Part shown: positions 39,899-53,878 of the stretch, piece after piece
How the letters are laid out: each line of letters starts with the position of its first letter
How positions within the stretch are numbered: position 1 is the first letter of the stretch
NCBI RefSeq assembly: GCF_009914755.1
Contig: NC_060934.1
Direction: 5' to 3' (one strand)
Length of the DNA stretch: 64,000 nt
Origin: the human T2T-CHM13v2.0 reference genome, Homo sapiens
Translations under genes and position numbers: made by a program
The notes under the pieces: generated by a model
What the model was told of the DNA's origin: nothing
Seen by the model: the letters and a program-made list of their open reading frames with translations, nothing else
Databases searched by the model: none

Positions 39899-42800
39899 CT
39901 GGTGTGGGAGATGGCGATGGAGCATGCGGCCAACAGCAACCGGCGGAGAGAATGGAGATGAGGATGAGATGGGATGGGGGTGGGAGGAAGGGGCACAGGG
40001 AGGGGAGGCCCACACTTCCAGTCACCATCACCTGGACTGAACCAAAGGGCACGCCCCTGTTGGATGGGGCAGATATGACAGGTCATGGTCGGCACACAGG
40101 GAAAAATTCAACCAAACTCCACAGCGTGTGCCCCTGAGCCTAGGAGTGGGCTAAAGCCTTTAGAATCCCAGCACCTTAGAGAAAAGAGGGTCCCTAGCTC
40201 CAGCCCAGTGCAAGACAGCCCCTCAGCTACAGCCTCCAGGGATGGTGAGATCAGTGTCCCTCACTGCTGGGCGGTGCTGATTCCCAGGAGGGTGTGGGGT
40301 CCTGCAACATCTGAGCTTATGTCCACTCGCTCACTGAGTACTGACTGTGAACGTGCTACCTTGGACAGGCACCATGCTTGGAAGAATCAGTGTGCCCAAG
40401 AGAGACTTGGATCCCTTCCTTGCGGGGCTGAGAGCTCTCGCCATTCTGGGAACCCTTCCCTGTGTCTCTGCATTCCCAGGGCCTAGCACAGGGCCGGGCA
40501 CACAGCTGGGTCCCAGGAAGCACCTGCTGAACGGAATGACACAAGGGTGGGTGCCAGAGGCCCTGGCTCTGCTCCTCCTCTCAGGCCACCCATCGGGACA
40601 TCTGATGACAGGGGCCCCCTCCCCAGCTTCTCACTGCTCCTGACCCCGTGCCCTGAGCAGCATCCTGCACTGCTCCTCTGGTGGCTGCTGCTTGGCTCTG
40701 AGCCCCCTGCACCCTCTGCTCAGACCCCAGCTCCAGATGCCTCTGTCTTCCTGTGAGACTCCCAGATGGAATGGATACTGGACCAGGGCTCCAGGGTGCC
40801 AGCTGGCCTCACTTCCTGCCACCACAGAAAGAAGGTGCCAGGCTGCCCGGGTCTGGGGGTGGGAGAGGGGCCAGTGGCTGGAGTGAAAATAAAACCGTCC
40901 CAGACCACCGAGGCCCTGGGAAAGCATTTGCTTTCCTGGAAGAAGAGGGACCTGTCTGACCTGCTTCTTATAAGGACAAAAGGGTAGGAGGTGTGGACTC
41001 CAGTCCAGGCCCCACTGCCAGCAACCTGTGTCACTCTAGGAGGCCAGCCACCCATCTCTAAGCCTCTCTTTCCTCATCTGTCTTACAGTGACACCACCTG
41101 CCCTGGCATGAGCCTAGACAAGGGGCTGAATGGGCTCTGGGAAACATGAATCAGGTCCTGTGCAAGGCCTCCTGGTGGGGCAGGGAGAGGTGGGGGAGAT
41201 GTGTAGGGCTTCTCTGCAGAGATGAAGGGGTTCAGCTCATGGCCAGACCAGAGGCAGCTTTCACAGTAAGGTGTTGATGTCGGCATTTACTCTGTGTGCG
41301 AGGCCCAGTTTAAACCATGTACAAAGATCATCTCACTTGGGCCTCACAAAAGCCCTATGTGGTTGGCATCTTACAAATGGGGAGACAGAGGCACAGGGCT
41401 TTAAAGAACACTCTGTGTCAGGCAGCATGTGAATCCAGGCAGTCTGGCTCCAAAGCCTAGACTCTTAGCACAGACTCTGCACCCCGAGCTATTGCTGTTC
41501 CCCTAACTCTGCTGCCCCTTGGGCTGCCAAGCCCTGGGAAGAAGGGGATGTGGGGAGGGGACAGGGTCTGGGTGCTGGGGGATCTGCTCACTAATGGGGT
41601 ACACGCCTTTGGTACAGCAGCACAGAAGACCGTGGTCTGTTCCGCATGTCCCAATATGCGCCCACTCTGGAGGAAGCAGGTCCATACTGGTAGATGTGGG
41701 ACACAGGAGCAAAGGCAGAGACTTGGGTTCTGGTCTTGGCTCTATCACAAATGAACCCGAGGGCTTGACAGAGGTAACACACCTCTCCTGGTTCACTGAA
41801 GCACCCTGCGAATGTCAGGCTTGGACCCGCACCTCTGTCAGTGGACAAGGAAGTCTCAACTCCCACCCTTCCTACCATACTGAACTCCCACAGCACACCT
41901 GGGTTCAAGAGCAGCATGAACATACATCAAAGTGTCTCATGATAAGGACACACCAGAACAGCCAATCATCTTTTCTTCCTAAAGTAATGAAGATGAGCTA
42001 TTAGGAAAGCTTTGATAGGATGCAGGCTTCCAATTTCTGTCTACAGGGCTCAGGGCACCTATGATGGGATGGCCATAGCGCTGGGGTAGAGATGGCTGGA
42101 GAGGGAACTAGTGTCGGCCAATCTCTTGGCCATGTGGCTGCAGGTGCAGAGAGACTAGCGGACACACCACAGCAGCTGGGGCCTTAGGCCCAGGGGACCC
42201 ATCCCTGAGCCCTTCTGTAGATCTGGGTGGGAAATGCCCAAGATGTGACGGTGGAATCCACAGCTATCCAGAAGTTGCCAGGAGAATTGGCACACAGGCC
42301 CTGTCAGAGGCGTGCGCAGGAACCTATTTTAGGAGAATCGCCCTGGGCACGCATGCACGCGCACACACACCCACACCCACCCCCCACACACATACACCCA
42401 CACCGCCTCTGAACGCAGAATCTGCACTGGCTGCCTGATTCTTCCTCCATCAAGGTCAAAATCCTGCCCAACCCACTACTACTTGTTCTGTGCGCAAAGC
42501 ACCTGCCTTCTGTTCCAACCAGGCTGGCATCTGTGCTCCACACCTCTCGCGCGCTTTCCTGCCCTGGCCTTCTCCCCACTCAGTGCCTAGGTCCTCCATA
42601 ATCGACCCAACAGCTCCGCTCTGACCTTCCTGGTGCAGCCTTTTCAACTGGGGCTCTGATTCATACACGCACTGCCCTAGAGCTGCCTGTACTGCTTACG
42701 AGCAAAATGCTTCACAGAGAGGTGTGTGGCACAGCAGAAAGGACCAAGGGACAAAGGAGGTGGACTAGGGTCCAAACCTGATAAACATCTTGAAGCCTCA

Positions 42801-42955
42801 GTTGCCACAGCTGGAAGGATGGGGATGGCCATAGCCACAGGGTCCTCCCAGGGTGGGGGCAAGGGCATTTCAGGACCTGGTCTAGCATCTGGTACTTTGT
42901 GAGCTCCTGCTGTTTTTGAGAGGCCCTGGCATGCCCTATAGAATGTGGAACTAGG

Positions 42956-43250
<295 letters not shown>

Positions 43251-43989
43251 AGAATGTGGAACTAGGTAGGAGGTGAGGCTGGGGACTGCAGGCATATGAG
43301 ACCAGACCTAGCTCAGGGGCCAAGACTCTCCCCTGCTGCAGAGGTGCAATGGAACCAGAGGGAAGACAGGTGCAGGCTCAGCCCCAGGGCTCAGGGAGCA
43401 GCCCAGCCTGAACATGCGGGCCCTTCCCAATGGGGCCTTGTCCCTGGAAACCTGTCACACAGTGGAAGCACACGGCAGGGGCCGAGGCTCTGGTCAAGGG
43501 GCTGAAGTAAAGCCTCGACATAGGAGGAAGGGCGAAGCCCCAGCTGCCCGCCGAGTAACCGACATTTAGGGGAAGAATGAATAAGGAGCTGGCACTTGGC
43601 GGCTGCTTACTTTGGCCTGGCAGCAGAAAGCAGGCCTGGAGGTGGCCCGAGCACCGGGTGGTGGCCTCAATCCCTCTGGCTTTCAGACATCCATCTGGAC
43701 CATCCCCACCAACCGTTAGGGAAAGAATTCCCGCAGCCAGGCCATGGGAGGCTTGGAAGCCATTAGGAGCAGGCAGCCAAGAACTGGGGGTGGCGCAAAC
43801 GGACTGGGCTCAGGCAGCCTGCTCTAGGGAGTACAGAAGCCACAGATAGGCCCAGGCCAGTGATGGCTTAGAGGGCAGGGGCAGACTCTTTGAAATGCAA
43901 GGAGAAAGACCCTGAAAAACCTCACTGAGTAGTTTTTAAGTGTTTGGAATTAAAAAAAAAAAAAGAAAAAGAAAAAAAAAAAAAGGAAG

Positions 43990-44142
43990 GGCTGGGTGCG
44001 GTGGCCCACACCTGTAATTCCAGCACTTTGGGAGGCCAAGGCATGTGGATCGCTTGAGCCCAGGAGTTTGAGACCAGCCTGGCCAACATGGTGAAAGCCT
44101 GTCTCTAGAAAAAAATACAAAAATAAAAAAAAATAAGAAAAA
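43990..44142 (+). mobile_element. Alu left monomer
   Basis: ggctgggtgcggtgg...gtctctag followed by an A-rich tail; no right arm. Confidence 0.85.
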
Positions 44143-44433
44143 GGGGGGTGGGTGGAAAAACAAACCTCATGAAGCCAAAGCTAATCAGAGAGGCTGACTG
44201 TGTAGGGGTCTGAGCCATCCCTCAGTTCCTGAGCCCCTGAGACAGAGCAGCAGGGGTCGGACTGGGGTGGGAGGTGAGCTTTTGGGCCAACCTTACTGAG
44301 ATGGGATCCCAAGGGAGGAGGCTAGGATATGGCTCAGCTCACTTTAGGGGTTCTGTTGGTTCTAGGGAAAGAGTGAGAGAGCTGCCTCCAGAGGCCGCGT
44401 TGCTCCCTGCCCCTTGGACCTGCAAGCCCTCAC

Positions 44434-44547
44434 CTTCTCCAGTCTTAGAGGTGTTGATGTCGGAGTCATCCCGAGTACCATTCTGGGCCTCCAGGTAGGT
44501 GGCAGGGACCCAGCCCTGCTCCTCAGAAGTGCTCACGAACCACCAGC
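44434..44547 (-). CDS. SH3PXD2A: SH3PXD2A coding exon (114 nt), end of SH3-1; upstream exons lie beyond the window
   Basis: ccctgcag|GC...GAAG|gtgagg. [38 protein letters not shown]. Confidence 0.96.
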
Positions 44548-47500
44548 CTGCAGGGAGGACAAGAGAGAACAGGACTGTGAGATTCTGCAGGGTGGCAGGG
44601 GTGGCTCGGGGGCCAGGACAAGGATGGAAGGAGAGGCACAAGAAGCGGAGCATGGAGCCAGATGGCCTGGGGACCCAGCAAATGCCTGGCCCAGCTCCAG
44701 CCTCGAGGAGCCTGCGTCTGTTCTAAGGCAGAAACGACCAGCACACTTCCCGAGAAGTGGGACCAATAAACTGTGAGCCACACTAACAAATGTCTGATGG
44801 AAAATGAAATAGACATAGTGATATGTCCAGTGTGTGAAAATTCATCTTGCAGGAAAGGCCAAGGGAGCTCCGGCCATACAGAGAGACCATTTATGGTCTT
44901 TGAAACCCATTAGGATGACTGGTTTGCCTGGAGCTTGGCTGCCTTCTCAGCTTTCAAGCTAAGTGCCTCACAGACAGTCTCTAACGGTCAACGGTTGCCT
45001 TTTCCCCATCGCGGGTCAGCGGTACCTTCGCATTGGTGCCACTCACAGCTGCCCTTTAAGTGTGTTCACGTTTCAGTCGCGGTAAGTGGGCACTGCATCC
45101 TCAGCTGATGCTTGACGATCATGGCCACGTGATAAAGCCTCATTCATCTTATTTGTTCATTCATGCAAAGTCCTCTGAGCACCCAGGTCTTGGGACTCCA
45201 CTAACTGCCTTTGGTCCCTTCCGAGAAGGTCCTCTTCACACGGTCCTGTCTTCCTCCTCATCCCTTCTTCCCTGACACTTCTTTGCCCCCAAAAGTGATT
45301 TGGTACTGATTCTCTTTTCTGCTCATGGCCCAGTTCTCCATTTCCTGTCTGGAGAGCTCAAGGCTTCTCCCCGGGCAGCACTGGAGGCCCCGTCACCATC
45401 CACCGCGGCAAGTGGCCGCCCAAGGATCTAGAAGGCACGTTGGTGGGAGGAGGCTCTCGGGTGCCTCCAGGTGGGCTCAGCACTGGGAGGTAGAGAAGGC
45501 TCTGTGATGGCTGCTGTGAAAACAACGGAGAGGAGGGGAAAACCGCCAGGTACCACTGCACAGTCGCGGGAAGACCTCAAGGACTTAGAACCCCAGCTCA
45601 TCTCCCAGGTCTTCAACTAGGTCCCCACCGCCCCACATGACAGGTCTGGGCTTGCAAACAGCCAGCAGTCTAGTCCTGAATGCCCTCTGTCTCCTACCCT
45701 TTCTGGGGAGTTCCACAACCCTCTGCTTGCAGCTCTGCAAAGCCCATGAAATGCCCTGGACCAGGAGTCTGGACTCTTGAGGTCCAGGCCTATGTGGCTC
45801 AGGGGCCTCAGTTGGGTCACTGCCCTTTTACGGTCTCGGTGTCCTCCTATCTGGAGAGGGGTTACCTCTGAGCTACTGGCTCAAGCACCATGATCCAGGG
45901 CCCTGTGGGCTGCCTGGACAGCCCACAGATTCTGTCCCTCTCTGCCTGGGGTGAGAGAAGAGAGGTAACAGGATCACTTCCGGAGAACCCCCGGTCAGGC
46001 CCTCTTGCTCCCTGTGCCCATCTCCCTCCCCTAGGCTCTGCCAACCCTGGAGACCACAACCTTCTCTTATGACACAACCCATACACACCTGAAAAAAGGA
46101 AGCCTGGGCCAGTGAGTCACAAGCCATCAGAGTCAGGAAGAACTGGGGATATGCCCCCACTGCTGGTGAAGCAATGCCACTGGTCCAATTCCTGTACCTC
46201 CTGCTCTTGCTCCAAACCCTGTGTCTCCCAGATTGCCCACTTCTCAGACTGTCCGTGCCCGGGCCACTTACTGCCACGTTTATTTCATAAACACGTACAT
46301 AGGTGAATGAGACACTGTGGCACTGAGGGGCTGCAGAGCCTTGATTGGAGCCTAAGCAGGCTGGCCTCTAACCCCTACACTCTGCTGCCTGTGTGGGACC
46401 AGGATAGGCAGGCAATCTCCAGGGTGAGAAACCCACACCAATTCTCAGGTAAACTCTCTACCCCTGAGACCTCCTACGCTGGGGACATTGGTCTGAGGCT
46501 GGAAGAGGGCAGGTGGGCATCATCGGCAGGCTGGATAGTTCTCTGGATCACAGAAAAAGGTAGGTACCTCTTAGGAGCGAATAGCTGAAGTCACTGAGCA
46601 GCTCGTGGTGACAGGCAGGTGCTGGAACCCACTAGTTGGGGACTGGGCAGCAGCCGCTGGCAGGTCAGAGACTTCTGGACACACCACTAAAATTTATCAT
46701 CATTTCCCTGGCCTCTGGGGCTCAGTGGTTATTAGAGCACCAGATATCTGTACTCACTCAACTTCTGGGTGATGAGACTGCTTCCAGGTGGCTTGTAATT
46801 ATGGGAACTCAGGAAGGGTCCAGACCATGCTTGGGGCATGCAGTACCCTTGAGAGCTAGCTACAGTGGGCAAGGGATGCCCACACTGGGGCCAAGGTCAG
46901 GCTGGAGGAGGTGGACTTTGGCCCCTAGGGAGCCCCCACCTGACCTCTACTTGCACCTTGGCTGTTCTGACATTTGGATAAACAAGAGGCGCCATTCCTT
47001 CCACATTCGGCTATTGGGAGGAAAGCCAGTAGGACCCATTTGTTGACATGGTGGAAGGGGTTTCACTGTCTACTTCCCTTGACCCAGGAAAAGCCCAACC
47101 TTCACTAGCTAGTCAAGGAGTCCCAGGGCTCTGTCTCCATGAGAATGCCCAACAACCTTTCCCTGTCTACCCTTTACAGAGACATCCAGCAGAGGCAAAG
47201 GGCCTAGGCCTGTCCCCCTGGGGAGAGGAGGGGAGGAGCAGCAATGGATGCAGGGAGCATTTCAGCTGCCTCATTGCCCTGGGCCTGGAGTGGATACCTG
47301 CCTTCGTTCCCTCTGCCTGATTCAGGTTGGGAAAATATTACTGAGGCTTGCATGTCAATTCCCCTGCCTTTTGCCTGAAGGTGGCTGGGGGTCACCCTCA
47401 TCTTGCCCACAGCCACTTGCACATTCTGAACCCAGCATGGAGCACTGAGAGGGCTGCCTGGAGCAGCACCACCATCCTCCCTGATGCCCAGGCCACCATG

Positions 47501-47984
47501 GTTTGGTTGCTCAGAAGCTGTGGCTGATGGAGGCCCCAAAACAGCCAGAGGGCATGGACTTTGCAAGGGGCTCTGCCTGGGATGTTTTTCCCCCTTCTTG
47601 AGCTTCTGGGGGAGTACTCTCAGGAACCCCAGCAGCCTCTGCCAGGAAGCACCAGTCCCAGCTGTTCTCCCACAGATGCTGGCTGGAGGTCACAGAGCAG
47701 GGCTTTCCTGTCTCCCTGGGCTGCATGTCATGTGACCCTGCCTCCTTTACCACAGATGTGGGCACATCTGGCCACTCATCTCCTGATTAGTCTGTCATCT
47801 CTCTGGACACTGTTGATGGTTCCAAGCAAAGCCACTCAGGGGCTTTTTTAGGAGCAAACGTGGGTGCTTTGATGATCTAAAACCTGAGTCCCACAAAACT
47901 CAGGAATTGCAGGGGGCATATGGGGTGAGAAGCCTGAGAATTAAGTCAATAAAGCAGCAGCAGAGTCAAGAGATAGAGAGCCAG

Positions 47985-48111
47985 AAGCGCTGGCTTGTGC
48001 CTGTAATGTCAGCTGCTTGGGAGGCTAAGGTGGGTCACTTGAGGCCAGTTCAGCCTGGACAACATAGCAAGACCCCTACTCCCTTCTCTTAAAAAAAAAA
48101 AAAAAAAAAAA
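47985..48111 (+). mobile_element. Degenerate Alu monomer (FLAM-like)
   Basis: gcctgtaatgtcagctgcttgggaggctaagg...cagcctggacaacatagcaagaccc plus A tail. Confidence 0.75.
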
Positions 48112-48256
48112 GGAAAAAGATAAAAAGGAGATGGAAAGTGACTCAGTCCTGATTTCCATCATTTGGGCTCCTGGTTCCAGATGTGCTAAAGCTAAGCCAT
48201 CCCATTAGACTTCCTAGCTGCAATGAGTTAACGAACTTCCTGCACCGTTTACCTTA

Positions 48257-48837
<581 letters not shown>

Positions 48838-49144
48838 TATCTGGAGCTGGGTTTCAATCATTTGAACAGAGACAGTCCTTGCTGATGCCACCCCTAACAA
48901 TCACTAAGGATCATGATTGAAGGTCCCCCATCGTGAGCCAAATCTGAGGAACAAAAGTCAACCAGGCACCTGCTGCCACAGACCTCAGGAGGGAAGGACG
49001 GAGCCCACCAAGCCATTCTGGGCATGTGGTCACTCCCCAAATTTCTGCTTACCAGGATGTAACCCCCAAGAATCCCAAAGAGCTGTCACCACAATTCCCA
49101 ACTTGGAGTCACTTACAGGAGGCTCTTGAAAGCTGAGGCTCTCA

Positions 49145-49522
<378 letters not shown>

Positions 49523-50039
49523 CAACCACATACCCTTGTCCACACCTCCCCCAGCACACTTCCTCTCTACCACTGCACTCTCAGATCCTGTGGGAAAGAA
49601 AACGGTGCCTCTGCATGCATTGGAGGGGAGCCTGGAAGCCCCACGGGGCTCACTAGCTGATGCCTGAGCCCTTCTGGGGAGCTGAGCCACATCCAGGGGT
49701 TCAGGTTTTGCTTGCTCCTCAGTGGTGCACCAGTGACTTTGGTCAGGAGCCCTGGTTGCCACAATTGACGTCTGAGCTGCTGGCACCTGGCAGAGGCCTG
49801 TCAGCAGCCATGGGTGGGGTCAGCGCAGGGAATCTTTCCAAGAGGCCCAACAGTGTGACTCACGCCAGGGTTCCTGGAGGTCTGCATAGAGTCGGGGTGG
49901 GCGCCTCTGCTCATGTTAACCTGTGCCCACCTAGGTGGTATTTGAGCCTGTCTATCTTTGCTCAGTGGAGTGCCCATAGCCAAGGTAGTGGCAGGCTCTT
50001 CTCTGCAGCTGTCATCTCCCCTGGCATCAACAGAGCCTG

Positions 50040-50370
50040 GGCCGGGCGCGGTGGCTCACACCTGTAATCCCAACACTTTGGGAGGCCAAGGTGGGCAGAT
50101 CACAAGGTCAAGAGATCGAGACCAGCCCAGCCAACATGGTGAAACCCCGTCTCTACTAAAAATACAAAAATTAGCTGGGCATGGTGATGTGTGCCTGTAG
50201 TCCCAGTAACTCGAGAGGCTGAGGCAGGAGAATCGCTTGAACCTGGAGGTAGAGGTTGCGGTGAGCTGAGATCATGCCACTGCACTCCAGCCTGGCGACA
50301 GAGCGAGACTCTGTCTCAGAAACAAAAAGAACAAACCTCCCCCCGGCCAAAAAAAACCAAAAAACAAAAA
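50040..50370 (+). mobile_element. AluSc-like; TSD aacagag(c/t)ctg
   Basis: TSD copies at 50029-50039 and 50369-50379. Confidence 0.9.
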
Positions 50371-50432
50371 CAGAGTCTGACACAGGAAGGACCTGAGACC
50401 TGAAGCCACACAGCCCCACTCTGCACATGCTA

Positions 50433-51104
<672 letters not shown>

Positions 51105-53474
51105 CTCAGCTCCAAGTCTTGACGGCACAGCGGGAGAATAGGATTCTAATAGGATCCTAAGTTGCTATTAAATATCTTAGGGTGAGGAGCTCCTGGTCAG
51201 CAGTTAATGTGGTCCAGCCACCATAGAAGCTTCTGGTGCAGCAGAGATGTTGAGATGGGAAGAACTCAGAGACAACCCTGGGCACATCCCTGGGCCACCC
51301 ACACAATCTGAGATACAGACCATCATGCTGCCCTGCCCAGCGGGCCCCTGTGCCGTACATTCGGCTCCATAGCAAGTTTTGCCCAGCTCTCCTTGTGTGC
51401 TGAGGCCTGTGTGGCAGAGGTAGGAGCGGAGGCCAGGCCTGCTCCGCCCCCGGGAGCTTCCAGCTGCCTGTGAGTGCAGACCCATCCTCCATCCGGGATC
51501 CCTGGCTCCTGGGGAAGGAAAGGAGCAGGACTTACATGGAAGGCTTCCCCAAGAATGAAGAAGAGGAGAGGATGCCTCCAGTGGAGAAGAGACCCAGATA
51601 TGGGATCAGGAGGCCTTTGGAGCCAAGGAGAAAGGCCCTGTGTGCTTGGACATGATATGCACATAGCACCGAGGCCGTGTCTGCACATGTGTGTATCACA
51701 CATTGACAGCTGAACACTGAGCAGGGCGGTCTGTGTTAGGCACTTGCTCCACATATATGACTTTATTCACACTTCGAGGATCTTGAGAAATAAATGTTCT
51801 TGTCATCATCCATCCCACTTTGCAGATGAGGACTCTAGGCTTTACAACCAGGGAGTCCAGCTGCAGAACCCAGGTTCTTAGCCACTGTCAGCGGATAAGG
51901 TACAGGTCTGTTGCATGCACGAGTATAAGGTGACTCCTTGAGAATGTATGTCCCTGAATATTGGTACTTTACACAGATACTTGAGAATGGACACATCTCT
52001 GAGCAGGTGTCTTGTATGTGCACACCATGAGGAGAGATGCCAGCCTGCATGTACCTGGGTGTCAATGTGTACAGCTGAGGGTCCTCTGGGAACAGAGGTA
52101 ATTAGGGGTATTCAGTCAGAAAGACTCGAAGTCAGGTCCTGGCTTGCTGCTTCCTAGCTGTGTGACCTGAGGAAAGTTACTAGACCTTTCTGAGTCTCAG
52201 TCACCCTCTTTGTAATGACAGGAATGAATGGAGCGTATTTCCTGAGGTTGTTGAGGGGAATAAAGGAGACACTGCAGGGAGGTAGCTTAGGTTGAGCTAT
52301 TATCCACATGGCGGTGGTCGTTAATCACTAGAGGGTCAGCACCCACGGGTGGCCAGGTGGCATCTGTGCAGTGCACAAGCAGAGGGCAGCCTGAGGGCAT
52401 CAGGAGGCACTCACTCATCTGGGGAAACTGCCTTGAGTGTGTGTGGGCGTGTGCCTATGCATCTGCTCTAAGCTGGGGTTTTAGGGCTACCTTCAGGGGT
52501 TTCAGAAGGATGGAAGGAAGTGGACTGAGAAAGTGGCCCTATCTGTGCCCAGGTTCGGGGCAGCTGTTCTCTGGCTGGCTGCCACACCTGGCTTCTTCCC
52601 TGAGAAGTCAACCCTGGTTTCCAGGTACAAAGGAAGCAGGATCTTTTGGGAGGTGGGGCAGGGAGCTTGGTGGCAGCAAGAGATAGTGGGGACCCTCCCA
52701 AGGGGCCTGGGCTGGCTAGGAGACCCCTTAGTGCACCCTTCAGCCCAGCCTGGCAGTCAGGCCCTCTGATACCCGCCAGGGCGTTTGATGCCTGCCAGGG
52801 CCTTGCTTAGGCAGGTCTTCTTGCCTGGAGTGCCCTTATGCTGAGATGACCCCTCCCAGACAGGGGCCAGGGGAGGGGCTACCATGCTCATTCCCTTGAA
52901 TGGGAAACTGCAGCCTGTTTTAGAGGAACCCTGAGAGAGGACCCCAGGTACACACGGTGTGTGGCAGAAACCTTTATTCTGGAGTCTCTAGCCCTGGTTT
53001 TCAGGGCTAAACCCCTAGACCGGAGAAGTTGTTTAGGAGAATCCCAAACTGGACAATACCCCAAAGCTGCCTCACCCTGGCCTGTCCTTCCATCGGGCCA
53101 TGTCTGTGTGCCAGGGCCCAGCCCTTTCCAGATGGCAGAGGCCCAGAAAGAACGAACATGTAGCCTGGCATTTACAGCCAGCCATGCTCTGTGAGCCTTA
53201 AGTAACAACCCACTTTGCAATGACCCAGGGGCTGAGGAGAGGAGGCAGCAACATGGGGGGTTCTGGCCAGCACTTCCAGCTCAGGGCAGGGAAGGGAGGA
53301 TGTCCCAGCCCCGGGAGGGAAAAGCTGGGGCCCAAGCACCAGGTCCTCCCTCTATCCAGGCTAAGCATCTTCAGTGAACCGGCCCAGCAGAGTCCACCTG
53401 TTTGGCCAATTTCAAATCTCTCTCAAATTGACTGATGCTGACACCAGAGGAGGGAGGGAAAGAGTAGAGATGAA

Positions 53475-53878
<404 letters not shown>

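Noticed and set aside
36928-40137. ORFs of 200-236 aa in the introns around the cassette exon
   Set aside because: GC-rich intronic noise; only 39815-39898 has exon-grade support.
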